A stretch of 64,000 bases of DNA from Kondoa subrosea (lineage: Eukaryota). The notes under the pieces were generated by a model. The model worked only from the letters and a program-made list of their open reading frames with translations, was not told the DNA's origin and searched no databases. A program made the translations under genes and the position numbers. The first letter of the stretch is position 1. Each line of letters starts with the position of its first letter. The stretch covers positions 3,041,136 through 3,105,135 of the forward strand of contig BCIN01000001.1 of assembly GCA_039545335.1 (NCBI GenBank), given 5' to 3'. This document shows, piece by piece, positions 26,995 through 39,831 of this stretch.

Positions 26995-27342
26995 GGTAGG
27001 ATCCGGTGTACTAAGAGGGTATTTTGTAGCGAGATGGCGGTACTCCGTTGTTGATGAGAAGCCCTTGACAAGCAAATCTTGCGCGGAGCCCAAACAAACG
27101 AAAATGACTCTCACGCTATAAGCGATACTGGGCCTCAAGAGTAACTCTAGATCATCATTAACACGGTAATACACAAGTCTGAACACAAATGAAAGTCCAT
27201 ATGCATGAAATAACTGCCCTGAAAGAAAGAATGCCCGAGACAATATCACCTATGACACTACTAAGGGCTCGTCATTACATCAAAGACGTTTCTATATCCG
27301 ACTGTCAGCTTTCGCAGTCGATGAAATGTTGGGTGGAAAGAC

Positions 27343-29514
27343 TCACGCATGCTTTAAAGAATCTCTCGACTGTTTTTGATTGATGATCATCGAATCCCTC
27401 GTTTGTTGTTCTCTCAGCAACCTGATCCTTTCTTTAACCGGAGTGACTTGAGTTTGAGTTCTTCCCATTTCAACAGCAGATCTACCATTCTTGACAATCT
27501 CTGAAACTTTTCGAGCGGCAGCCTCTTCTTCACGTTGTCTCTGCGCAGGCGATGGGTAAGCGTTGCGTAGTTGAGTACCTTCTACGACGGATTGAGCTCG
27601 AGCGCGAGTAGTCGTGAGAGCATTTGTCGTAGATGTGGGTTGTTGGGAAAGGGAAGGAGCCATCTTCACTGCTGATCGTCGAACAGGAGATCCATTATCT
27701 TGCGTAACGGATTGCCTTCTTTCTCTTTTTGGTGGAAGAGCTGTGTAAGATACGCCGAAAGGATCATCAATTGGAGATGGTGCTGCTGCAGCTGAATTGT
27801 TAGTCGGGAAAACGAGCGAAGCTATGCTTGTTAGTGACATCGAAGCCGAATCTTGAGGCTGATAGACTGTAGGTCGAGGATTAGAATTAGTAGGGGAAGC
27901 ATTACTTGAACCTTGATAGAAGAAATGAGGTTGCATTGGAGGAGACAGAGGCCCAATACTACTGTTGAGGGCGTTGCGAGCACTCTGTGTCAGAGTCCCA
28001 GGACGTGGAGCGATGTACCTGATGGGCTCGACTGGGGTGCTATAAGTCGAAGCGGGACTTGGTGGACCATCAGTCAAAGTCCAGCGCTTGACGCTCCGAC
28101 TAATTTGAGAGTCCATCTTCTGTGCACTTTCAGGTGCACGGATGACAGCCTGATTACGTTGAGGTGTAGAAGGTGGCATCGGTAAAGGTCGCCCAGGAGT
28201 GTCTGGCTCCGTTTGATAGCGAAGATGAGAGTAGCCATTGGCTTCGTATCTTAAGTCGATGACATCTGCTGCATCTTCGTCGCGGTAATCCTTTTTCTGG
28301 CCGTATTCATCAAATTCACCGTCGTGCTCATCCGTCAAGCGATGATGCTGACGACTATATCGAGACATTTGAGAGCTGATACTTCTGTGCACTGCTGAAG
28401 CTGTACGAGCCAAGAAACCAGGTTGATGATTTTCCTCAAATTGCGTTGCCTCATTCGCAGTAACTCCAGTTCGAGATTCGGCCAACATAGCATTCAGATC
28501 AGAGGTAGAATCATTGTTAGAGGTTTGAAGATCTCGCTTGGCTCTAAATCGAGATGAGCTTTTGCTAATGATTGATGCTTGCTTGTGATTTTTTGATCGA
28601 CCGGTTCCCCATGCCCAACCTCGCTCATCTTTCACTTCTTGTGAGGACACAGAATGAACACCAAAACCAGCCATGTTTCTTTGCGCTCCATAATGATTTG
28701 ATGTATCGTAAGCTTGTTCAAAAGCTTGATCTATGCGCTTTTCCGACATATCTTGAGCCCAATTATTAGCATGACCGTCATGTGAAGGCTGAAGACCAGT
28801 GAAAGAGGATTTCTCATCATCTTCATCCCATTCAGGCGGCATCAAACTTCGAGTTTTGCGGTGAAAGCCAGCAAATTGTTTCGCTTTCCTGTTTTTGCGT
28901 TGACGATGCCAAATGAAACCAATAATGGTGAAGAGAGCAATAATGGAAGTGATGATTACCAAAGGTAGGATGACCTTGAAAGGGCTGCCCACTGGAATTT
29001 CACCAGCTGATGCGGATGCGCTTTCGAGATTCGCCAAAGTATTTGACGCCGATGCATTGGAGCGAGTCGATATACTGACTCTTGTGGACGAAGGGAAAGA
29101 GAATGATGATGTCGTGGTGGTGCTAGATGAAAGGGTGGAGCTGCTTTGTATAGAAGTTGTTGATACAGTCAGGTCAGGAGTATCTGAAGAGATGGCCGTG
29201 ACGATCGTAGGTATATTTAGACTAGAAGTTGTCGTATCTTGAACAGCTGCCTGAGTTGAAATTGCTGCTTGAGTTGGAACATTTGCCGGGCTTGTTGTTA
29301 CGGCATCTGGTGTATACATTCCATTGTTGTATGTAGGACTGATTTGTACTGCAGCTGCAGTATCTGTGACACCGGCATGTGGAACTTGCTGAATGGCTGC
29401 TGCTGTATCTGTTTCTCCAGGATGTTCACCAATGACTTGCGCAACAATGAGAGCAGATAGCTGAAGGACCACACATATGTATGACGGTCCGATGCGAGGA
29501 GAGAAAGCTTTCAT
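27343..29514 (-). CDS. Type I single-pass membrane protein with Ser/Thr-rich ectodomain (mucin/Mid2-like architecture)
   Basis: 723-aa ORF: N-terminal hydrophobic signal, S/T-rich tract, TM segment VILPLVIITSIIALFTIIGFIW followed by basic HRQRKNRK, then a long low-complexity tail. The 3' end may splice further. Confidence 0.7.
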   Translation of the reverse strand: MKAFSPRIGPSYICVVLQLSALIVAQVIGEHPGETDTAAAIQQVPHAGVTDTAAAVQISPTYNNGMYTPDAVTTSPANVPTQAAISTQAAVQDTTTSSLNIPTIVTAISSDTPDLTVSTTSIQSSSTLSSSTTTTSSFSFPSSTRVSISTRSNASASNTLANLESASASAGEIPVGSPFKVILPLVIITSIIALFTIIGFIWHRQRKNRKAKQFAGFHRKTRSLMPPEWDEDDEKSSFTGLQPSHDGHANNWAQDMSEKRIDQAFEQAYDTSNHYGAQRNMAGFGVHSVSSQEVKDERGWAWGTGRSKNHKQASIISKSSSRFRAKRDLQTSNNDSTSDLNAMLAESRTGVTANEATQFEENHQPGFLARTASAVHRSISSQMSRYSRQHHRLTDEHDGEFDEYGQKKDYRDEDAADVIDLRYEANGYSHLRYQTEPDTPGRPLPMPPSTPQRNQAVIRAPESAQKMDSQISRSVKRWTLTDGPPSPASTYSTPVEPIRYIAPRPGTLTQSARNALNSSIGPLSPPMQPHFFYQGSSNASPTNSNPRPTVYQPQDSASMSLTSIASLVFPTNNSAAAAPSPIDDPFGVSYTALPPKRERRQSVTQDNGSPVRRSAVKMAPSLSQQPTSTTNALTTTRARAQSVVEGTQLRNAYPSPAQRQREEEAAARKVSEIVKNGRSAVEMGRTQTQVTPVKERIRLLREQQTRDSMIINQKQSRDSLKHA

Positions 29515-30786
29515 GAGCTATATCTTCTCATCAGCAAATAAACGCAAGCCTCTTTCTTCTCGACTGACCAACAGAATTGTGCGGCGGATTTCGAACGTTC
29601 TATGTAGCTTGAATGCTCGCCAAAGCCGAAGAGATATTGGCGCAGAAGATGGTAGAGCGGAACAGATTGTATCATATCAGAAAATCCAATTTCCGACCGG
29701 TAGATTTTCAGTGAACCGATCAACAAAAATGGACCGGGCACTGAATGATTATTTTGAGTGCTCAGATCTATGGCCAGAAAGTGAGAGCACTGTGCGGATA
29801 CAACAGCATTGAGCAAACAATGAAAGGGACCCGCAAGACAGATCTTGCCTTTTATCTCCAAACTTATAATATATATGATAGATTCTTCGTCAAATCGTTA
29901 CAAACATTTTCCGTTTCTCATTTGCGCTTAACTGACTTCTTGTACAGACAAAGTGACATGACTGACACATTTATACGTAAGTGGGCCTGTTGCGAGCTCA
30001 AACGCAGCCCAAAAACACTTTCCGAGGTAACGTACTTCAGTAATTCTGTTCTTCCGCACTTATATTGCTTACAAGACCCAGACACATACAAGCAAGAGCT
30101 CTGTACGGTCTTAGCGAGTCGATTTGGGTCGATACATGATAGATAGCTTGCTCTGCCCCATTATCTTTCGCCAAGGATGATTCTTGGATAAAGAGACGGC
30201 AGCCACGTAAAACCGATTGAGACCGTGAATTAAGGAATAATATCACGCCTGACCCGAGGAATCGTCCAAGGGAGAGAAAAGACAGCCCGATTGCGTTGCA
30301 CAAAGTATCACACCCACCGCTTTTCTTTGCGATCAAGAGTATGGAATCAAGCGTATGAGTCCAAGGATAGGTCGCAGAACGTGCAGAGGGCAAATCAAAG
30401 GCAAAGATGCACGGACATTCGAAAGAACCCGATTATCCAATATGAAAGTGAATCAACGAAAGAGATATGACAGTGTACCGTCGATACCCAATAACAGCTG
30501 ATGGCTTCAAGAAGTTTCCGCGCCAGAATTCAAATTTCGAGAGGCATTGTACTGTTCAACATCATAGGCTCGACAGACATCCAATGAGCGGTCGCGGATC
30601 CTTGAAAGTTGCTCTGACGAACGATTCAGGAAGCTGCGAGACACTTTGCAATAGGACACCTTGGCTGGTCATGATCAAGCGAGTGTAAATTTTTGTGAGA
30701 CAGCTTAGACATCAGCTACCGATACCAGGCCTTGATTGGAGCACTACCAAGCCTAAGGAAAGGCTCTGAGGCATACCACTGCAAGT

Positions 30787-33700
30787 ATGGATATAAACAA
30801 GTGCTTGCCAACGCAGGTCACTTCTGTCGGTTTTGCTGCCTTGAGCTCTGCGGACATCAGGCGAATCAGTGTCAAGCAAATAGTCAATCCAGTACTCTTT
30901 GATAATCTCAATAGACCCAATGCAGGCGGTCTCTATGATCCCCATCTCGGTCCACAAGATCGTATGGATATGCAAGTTTTTTTCAATGCGAGCCTCGCAA
31001 AGGCTTCGGTCTGATGGATTATTGTGACAGCTGCCAAACATGCAAATTGACTTCTTTCGCCTGTCCTGGTCATTTCGGTCATATTGATCTACCACAACCT
31101 GTCTTTCATCCGCTTTTCATGACACATCTCTTCAACTTACTTCGAGGTACTTGCTTCTACTGTCATCATTTTCTTCTATCTCGCAAAAGAGTGAGCTCAT
31201 TTGTTTCTCTCTTGTTATGTCTTTTGCTCATCTAGACTGCTATAGGTCACCAAATATTGTGCCAAATTTGTACTTCTCGATCACGGTCTGATAGCGGAAG
31301 CAGCAACAGTCGATAGATTTGATGCTGCGCCATCAGCCAACAAAGGAAAGGAAAGAGAAATGCAGGAAGCTGCTTCAGAGCAAGAAGATGAAGCAGATCC
31401 AGGAGACGAAGACGAAACTCCAGAAGTCTACTCTTCTCGCTTGTTTCAATATGTCAACCTTATGATATCAAAATCGGAGAACAGCAATCGCGATTCGTAC
31501 AAGATTGGTGCTGCATATGACGTGCGGAAGAAGTTGATTACGGAGTTTCTCAAAGCCATCTCGAGCAAGAAAACCTGCCCGAACTGTCAAGCGTGAGCTT
31601 TTTCCGCTCTAGTTTACAGCCAATTATGCTCATATATATAAATACAGCATCGCACATCGAATGCGCAAAGATGGTTTTCAGCGAATCCTAGAAATTAGTC
31701 TGACCGCAACTCAGAAAGCAAAGAATGCGAATAAGAGCAAACCTACCTTGGAGCAAATCCGATCCAAAGTCAAGAAGATCAAACGCTATCATGCAGACAG
31801 CAAAGTGCCAGTCTATCAGCCGAACCAAGAGACAAAGGACGATAGTGAGAATGAGCTTTCGGATCATGAAATGGGATCGCCAGAACCATCGGACGAAGGA
31901 GAAGGGGACGATCTGATGGATCTAGATGAGAATGGACCAGTAGTACCTCAAAATGAAGATGACGAAGTCCAATCAGCGGAAACTAAAAAGGGAGTGAAAA
32001 CACCTGGCAAAGGTCAAACAGAACGAAATATCTTCCCTGGAGAATGTCAAGATCGTCTTACTGTTCTCTTCTCCAATGAAGCTCAAGTCGTTGATCTCAT
32101 CTTCTGTCCTCATGGTCCTTCTGCAACAACTCGTCTTATAAATCAGCCATCACCAGTACACGCTGATCCAGATATGTTCTTTATGGATGTAGTTGCTGTT
32201 CCACCATCCCGATTCCGTCCGGCAAGTATTATGGGTGATATGACATTCGAAAGTCCTCAAAACGAATTGCTGTCGAAAGTCTTAGGAGCTGTCATACGAA
32301 CGCGAGATCTGAATAATGCTCTACTGGAAGCTTCTCTCAAACCAGAAGAAGGTTCGGATCTGCTGAGCGAGCCTGTAAAAATCGACACCTCGAGAATGTA
32401 TGGCCAACTTTTGGCCTCGCTAGGCGAGATACAGCACTCCGTAAATAGTCTTCTAGATAGTACCAAGAATCAAACACCCATTCGTGGCGGAAAACTACCG
32501 CCTGCTGGTGTGAAGCAGATCTTGGAAAAGAAAGAGGGTCTTTTTAGGAAGAATATGATGGTTTGCGATGCGAGATTAATTGACTGGCTTGTCATTGATC
32601 ATGCTGTTATTTCTGACAGGGTAAACGTGTTGATTATGCTGCTCGTTCGGTCATTTCTCCAGACGTCAATATCGAGACCAACGAGATTGGAGTACCACCT
32701 GTCTTTGCCAAGAAATTGACCTATCCAGAACCTGTTATGGCTCATAACTTACTGCGGATGCAGAAGTTGGTTGAAAATGGCGCAAAAATCCACCCAGGTG
32801 CAGCGTACATCGAATACGAAGATGGACGGCTAGAGTCACTTGTCGGTACTTTCGGTCATGATTCGCTTCAGTGCTTACAGTATTCATAGGAACGACTGGA
32901 ACCAGAAGAAAGAGCCGCCAAAGCGCAACAGCTATTGGCACCAGATATACCTCGCGGTGTTGCATTAGATCGAATGGACGTTGGTCTACCAAGAACTCGC
33001 ACGTCTCAGACTGTCAAGAAGGTACATCGACATTTGGACGATGGCGACATTGTTATCCTGAATCGTCAACCAACGTTGCATAAACCCAGTATGATGTGTC
33101 ATCGAGTCAAGGTACTAAATGGCGAGAAGACTATTCGAATGCACTATGCCAATTGGTAAGCGATGCTCGCAGAGCTTTTCGTTTTAGCTCAGCTTTTCCC
33201 GTATAGCAATTCTTACAATGCCGATTTTGACGGAGATGGTATGGATAAGATCATACGCCTGAGCTGTACTGATCAATTGTGGCAGAAATGAACATGCATT
33301 TCCCTCAAACACCAATTGCTCAAGCTGAAGCGAGACTGATAGCCAACACCGATAACCAGTATCTCGTGCCTACTTCAGGTGATCCTTTGCGTGGTCTTAT
33401 TCAAGATCACGTCGTTGCTGGTGTATGGATGACGAATAAAGAGACCTTCTTCACTAGAGCAGAATATTGTCAATTGCTATACGGTGCACTTCGACCGGAA
33501 GACAACTATTCAGGGGAAGGCACCGTCAAGACTCTACCGCCTACCATCTTCAAACCAAAAGCTCTATGGACTGGCAAACAAATCGTGAGCTGGCTGTTGC
33601 AGATCAGGCGGAATTCGAGCTAACTCTTCATCCAGATCTCTACTATTCTACTCAATATTACACCCAGTGGAACAAATGGTCTCAATCTGCGCAGCAAGTC

Positions 33701-36700
33701 CAAAGTGCCGGCAAAGCGATGGGGTCCAAAGAACGAGCCAGAAGGAGAAGTACGATTCATGGATGGCGAGCTCATCAGCGGTATTCTTGATAAGTCGCAA
33801 TTCGGGGCTACTTCATTCGGTATGGTACATTCAGTCTATGAGCTCTATGGCGCAACAATTGCTGGCAAGCTCCTCGGTATTCTCAGTCGCCTGTTTTCCA
33901 AATACCTTCAACATCGCGCTTTCACCTGCGGTATGGACGATCTACATCTTACGGAAGAAGGTAATAAATGGCGTCAAGAGCTTATCGATCAAGCAAAGTC
34001 TCGCGGTCTTAAAGCAGCTCTAGGCTATGTCAACCTGGAAGATGCAGATCCGAACGACCCAGATACAGCTCAAAACCTCAAGATTAGGCTCGAAGAAGTG
34101 CTTCGTGATGACCTTAAATCGGCTGGCTTGGATCGAGCAATGATGGGCGAGACCAGTGGACTGACCTCGGGCATTATTGACAAGTGTCTACCCGATGGTC
34201 TTCTCAAGCCTTTCCCAGCCAATGATATGCAAACTATGACTGTATCAGGAGCCAAAGGTTCCAATGTCAATGTTTCGCAAATCTCCTGTTTGCTAGGTCA
34301 ACAAGCTTTGGAAGGTCGGCGTGTACCAACAATGGTCAGTGGGAAAACTCTCCCTTCCTTCAGAGCCTTCGAAACGGAACCAAGAGCCGGCGGATACGTC
34401 TCTCAACGCTTTTTGACTGGTATCCGGCCTCAAGAGTACTACTTCCACTGTATGGCAGGACGTGAAGGTCTGATCGACACAGCTGTCAAGACTAGTCGAT
34501 CTGGATACCTGCAGCGATGTCTCATCAAGCATCTCGAAGGTATCCGAGTGCACTACGATCATACTGTCCGCAACAGCGACGCTTCGGTCATCCAATTCCA
34601 CTATGGCGAAGATTCACTCGATGTTACAAAGCAGAAGCATCTTTACAAACTTGATGTGTGTGCTTATGTCACGCGATCTCTATCTACTGACTCTGTGAAT
34701 AGTTCGCGGTCGAAAACAGACAGGCCTTGATCCAGCGATACCAGCCCAGTCAAGTCGTGCCTCATGTAGACGACGAGGCGGCTGTCCAATACCAGACAGA
34801 AGTACTGAAGCAAATCGGCAAGCATGGCATGGGTTCCAAAGAAGTCCAGCCGCCTGTCTTGTCCCACTTAAACCCAAGCACACATCTCGGCAGTACTTCT
34901 GAAACTTATGCTATCGCCCTTGCGAATTACCAACATGACAATCCGGATCGGCTGCTCAAGACCAAGAAGAAGCATAGGAAACATTGGCCAGCTTACCAAA
35001 AAGATTCCAACTTTACCGAAAAACTCATGGATTTGGGCTTGTTCACCAGTCTGATGCAATTACGATACATGCGTAGTTTGGTAGATCCAGGAGAAGCTGT
35101 GGGACTACTAGCTTCACAAGGGTAAGTAGCTTGCTATAGCTTGGCGACGTTTTCTCATTGCTCTTTTCTAGTGTTGGCGAACCTTCCACTCAGATGACAC
35201 TCAACACGTTCCATTTGGCTGGTCATGGTGCTGCTAACGTCACACTCGGTATTCCTCGTCTTCGTGAAATCGTTTTGACAGCATCAGTCAATCCAAGCAC
35301 GCCTACCATGAAAATTCCATTTTCTGACCACGTAACTGAAGATCAGCAGCAGCAGTTCATACGTGACTATACTCGTCTGACCATCTCACAAGTGGTTGAT
35401 CATGTCACCGTGGCTGAAAAACTAACGTCGAAAACCGCCGAAACCAGCTATACTCGAAAGCGGGTCTACACTGTCAAGATGCACTTTTTCTCCAAAAAGG
35501 AGTATCAAGAAGAATACAGCACCACTCCTATGCAGATATTAAGGGGCATAGCTCGTACATTTATGCCCAAACTTCATGAGGAGATCAAAAAGGAGCAGAA
35601 GCTCAATGCCAAGCAAGCAAAGAGTCAGGCTGCAGATGTTGGTCAAAGTCATCACGCCCAAAATCCTGCCGCCGCTGCAGCGGTCGACGAAGATGTAGAC
35701 GTTGGAGCTGGTCGTCTTGACGAAGGAGCAGAAGATGGAGATGCTGATGATCAACGTCGAGCACTTCAAAAAGGCCAGCAGCACACCTATGATGACGATG
35801 AATCGGAAGCAGAAGATCCGGAAGAGAATTTGCCGCAAAACTACGAACTCAATTCTGACGACAGCGACGACGACGAAGAAGCAAGCGAGAAGGAGATTAC
35901 CCAACTGGAACAATCACGGATGGATGCTATGGCTGAGATCGAAGCCGAAGTTAACGAGAAGGCAAAATTGGTTTCTGAATTCACATTTGACAAGAAATCT
36001 GGAGCTTTCTGCACCTTCAAATTAGACGTAAGTCTAATCGAATGCACAGAATCGATCCTCTGATAGACTATTCTGCCGCAGTTCGATGGTACAGCAGCCA
36101 AGTTATTGCTCGTCGGCCTTGTTGAGCGGGCTTGCCGAGCATCTGTTATTCATCAAGTGCCCGGTATCACAAGATGTATCATTACTCCTCCTGACAAACT
36201 TGATCCAAAGGCGCGTTCTCTTCTTATTTGAGCGTCTTGCCTGACTGATCTATGATTTAGACATACTTCACTACCGAAGGGCAAAATCTCAAAGCAACTT
36301 GGCAATTCGGCTCCGACAAGCTAGAGCTCAATCAAATCTACTCAAACGATATCGCAGCCATTCTTCGGACGTACGGTGTGGAAGCAGCTCGCATGGCTCT
36401 GATTCGAGAAATTTCTGCTGTCTTTGGCGTTTACGGCATTGGTGTAGATCGAAGGCATCTGACCTTGATAGCAGACTATATGGTAAGTGCATCATTACTC
36501 GCTGTATGAAGAGATCTCTGACTGCTTCGCTAGACCGCCGACGGAGGTTACAAGCCTTTCAACAGATCAGGACTTGGCTCAAGCAATTCTCCTTTCCTCA
36601 AGGCCTCATACGAGATGACTTCAACCTTCATCACTGAAGCTGCCGTGTTTGGTGATTTCGACAACATGAACAACCCTTCAGCAAATATCGTTCTGGGCAA

Positions 36701-36749
36701 GATTCCTCTTTCTGGTACTGGTGTATTCGATGTCAGAATCAAGACTTGA
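30787..36749 (+). CDS. RPA190: RNA polymerase I largest subunit
   Basis: [84 protein letters not shown] and [26 protein letters not shown] (Pol I type). Confidence 0.97.
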
Positions 36750-36831
36750 GAAGTGGTTTTTGGGTTAGGGTTTCGCATGTGTCTCGTTCCGTCAGTGATG
36801 TAACATTGTAGCATTAGAATTAGTTTGTACA

Positions 36832-38411
36832 TTATGCATTTGCAAGACTGATAGACCTCAATTGCTCTTGAAGGTGCTCTGCAACCGTCATATTCGGATA
36901 TCGCTGTTTGATCTCTGCTTCTTCGCCTGGCTTAATGAATTGCTGCAAAGGGTTCAACCTAAACTCAGGTGATAAGTGCCACTGAATATTGCGTTAGTGC
37001 TTGCTTCGTAGACAGGGAGATGACATAACGCACGAAGAAAGTAGAACTGATCCTGATCTTTGGTCGATCAGGTCTTTCCACCTCTGCTTTCTTGATAGCC
37101 TCAATTGTTCTTGGATTGACTACAACTTCATGAAATCCGGCTAATATGCTTCCGCCGGTCAAATGTTCTAGCTGTTTGCCTGTTTGTACGAGCAAGTAGC
37201 CGGGAGGCATCTTGACTTCGATTCTTTTTCCGCTGTTTCTTGCCCAAATATGAAGACCCTGAAAAATAATGAGCACTAAAATTAAAAGTCAGCATCTACG
37301 CAAAATGAGCGAACCGGATATCTTGATCTTCCGTGAATTGTGAGACAATTCAGATCTGGTAAGAACAATCAGTCAAAATTTGAAGCTACAAGCAGCAGAT
37401 GCGCTGCGAACCAGAATGAAAGCCAGCCCTGAGGACCATCAAATTGTGAGTAAATCGAGTCAAGGACTTGTTTGGGAAGCTCACATGATCGAGTTGAGTT
37501 GACCGTACTTCTCTAGATTGGCTACAAGAATAACAAGATTGAGTATGATGGAGCGATCTTATCAGCCCGAACTTACTAGCAGTAGGTGCGAGAAGGTGGT
37601 TGCCATACTTTCCAGCATCACTTAAGAAGTTCTGCGAATCTCCGCGTTAGCTCATCTAGCAGACCAAAGTAATATAATCTTTCCCTACCTTTTCCAAACC
37701 CATTCCTTCTGCACACATTTGCGCTACACCAGTAACAGCAGTCAACATCTGATTACCCCATTTCTCCATCGTCTCTGTCCAGACATCTGTAAACTTTTCA
37801 GGAATGATATTAACCAAATCTTCGCTTGTGTCGGTAGGTGATTTCTTGCCCATCCGATGAAAGAAGCGCACTATACTCAACATGAAGATCAGCTCTGAAC
37901 ATGCATAAGAGTTGATAACTTACTCTTTGGATCTTTATGCTCTGAATACAAATCTAGAGGTCTTTCAGAGGGTTCCAAAGCGTCAATCAATTTCCGACAA
38001 TCTTGATTCACAGTGCAAACTGGTTTCTCAGTATGTTCTAAAGTAGCACCAACTTGAAAATGATGTTCTGGACGCTATACCCAAATTTCTCTACTTCAGC
38101 ATTGTGTTTTTTTGGAGTTCAGTACTAAAAGCAAACAACATACAGTATCTTTCTGTAAAACTTCATCCGATTGAGCGAAATAGTCTTCCATGAGATCCAA
38201 GAAAGCAGCATTGTCTTGTTCTGTTACGCGAGAATCTTTGACAACCAGAGCTCCATAAGTTCTTGGCGGGGAAAAAGATGAGCATGTAGCGTTATTTGTA
38301 AGCTGGTAAGGATGCTTACTTGAGCGCTTCGGCTGCTTTTACAGCTTCTGCATGCGCTTCTGAGCCATTGGCACGGAAGATGTCGAGAGAAACGATGGGA
38401 AGGGAATCCAT
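36832..38411 (-). CDS. 2-oxoglutarate/Fe(II)-dependent oxygenase family protein
   Basis: HxD motif in AGFHSDLNCLTIHGRSRYPGLHIW, distal His in AGFHEVVV, RISSTFF and N-terminal LPIVSLD. Confidence 0.85.
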
Positions 38412-38706
38412 GGTTTAATTTGCAGATTTGCGCGAGAGGGAGTGATACAGGACAGCAGGACACAGATAGACACTAAGATAATAGAGGTAGAGAGCAATAG
38501 TACACGTCCTGACTAGGCTGTTTGTTGACGACAAGTCTCGACCAATGAAATGCTTTCAAATGCGGATTGCATGCACTCTTGTCACGTTACAGTTGCTTCC
38601 CTTCCATCTTTCCATTTCTGTCCTGAAGCTCTCTCTCAACTCAGATTGAAGACAGCCTGCCCTTCTGCTCGCTTGTGTGTCCTGAGCATCACACCTGCTG
38701 CCCTTG

Positions 38707-39520
38707 ATGGTGTCCACTCGTTCTCAAACTAAACACAGCTCTTCCAAGTCTTGTTCTTTCTCTTCTTTACCTTCTCGTACTCTGAAACCTAAACACAAGC
38801 CAGTAACCCCAACTCAACCAACAAACTATCATGAGCATCTGCAGAAAACAAGGTTTCGATCAATCTTATCTTCCAAAGCTAGGGTAGCTGCTATAAGACA
38901 ACGTATCAAGCAAGAAGAAGAACCTATGCAATTGTGGTCAGACAAATTTGAGGATCTAAAAGTAAGGCGAGATAACACGAGGAGGTTAGTGCTTGCGATG
39001 ACACCACTTTGAAAGGGTGTATGCTGAAACAGACGCAATGAACAGTACATTCGACAAGTTTGTGATTAGGGTGCAGAAATTGCAAGCACAAGCAAACGGT
39101 ATGACTGGGAGACAAGTAAGTTTTCGTATATTTAGAATGTGAGAGACAGAAAGTCCTGACTGGTACACGGTGCAGAACATCACTAGAGGATTCGTCAAGC
39201 GTATGATGGATGAACTGGCTGCTGTGACAAAAGAGCAGCAAGATCTGGACAGCTCCTTAGCTTCTTTAGAAACGGATCTGACTTATTTGGAAACTGAAAG
39301 TGAGCTTTCAAGTACTTTGGTCGATATGAGCTGCAGCTAACTGCAACGTGTAGCCAACAAGAGAATGAAGCTCGTTAAGAAGATCAACAGCGAATTGGAT
39401 CTTCTTGAAAAGGGAAATCACGATGTTATTCTCGTGAGCGTCGACATTTCCTGATGTGCAACTATCGCTGATGAAATTGCTCGTCCTTCACAGGACCTAG
39501 TCATTCTTTCCAAGCAATAA
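38707..39520 (+). CDS. Hypothetical coiled-coil protein
   Basis: MVSTRSQ start. GT-AG introns (e.g. 38985-39045) join helical, charged exons that end at TAA 39518-39520. Confidence 0.55.
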
Positions 39521-39831
39521 TACGTGCTGCTCTTATCTATTTCACTGGTGAGTGGGTTTGAAGAGATCGACTCTCATTCGTCTAATGACCGCTTCTTTCC
39601 TCAGTACATATATCACACTGTCTCATTTGAACGGATGTAAAATAGTAATGTACCATCATAAGCGGATCACATAATGCATGCTTCACTTTTATCTTTACTT
39701 CCACACGCTTCATCATTTCGCTTGACAAACCACAACCAATACCTTTTGCTCGAAACATACTGTGACTTGCTTGGATTATACCAAACTTATTTGGATACAT
39801 CTATCTTTGAAGCAATAGAACAGCAGCAGCA

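Noticed and set aside
29520..30780. ORFs of 100-130 aa in the spacer before RPA190
   Set aside because: Mostly non-ATG starts, no recognisable motifs and no consistent splice model; treated as a divergent promoter region.
38941..39050. Apparent frameshift in the coiled-coil gene when using the donor at 38962
   Set aside because: An alternative intron at 38985-39045 restores the frame.
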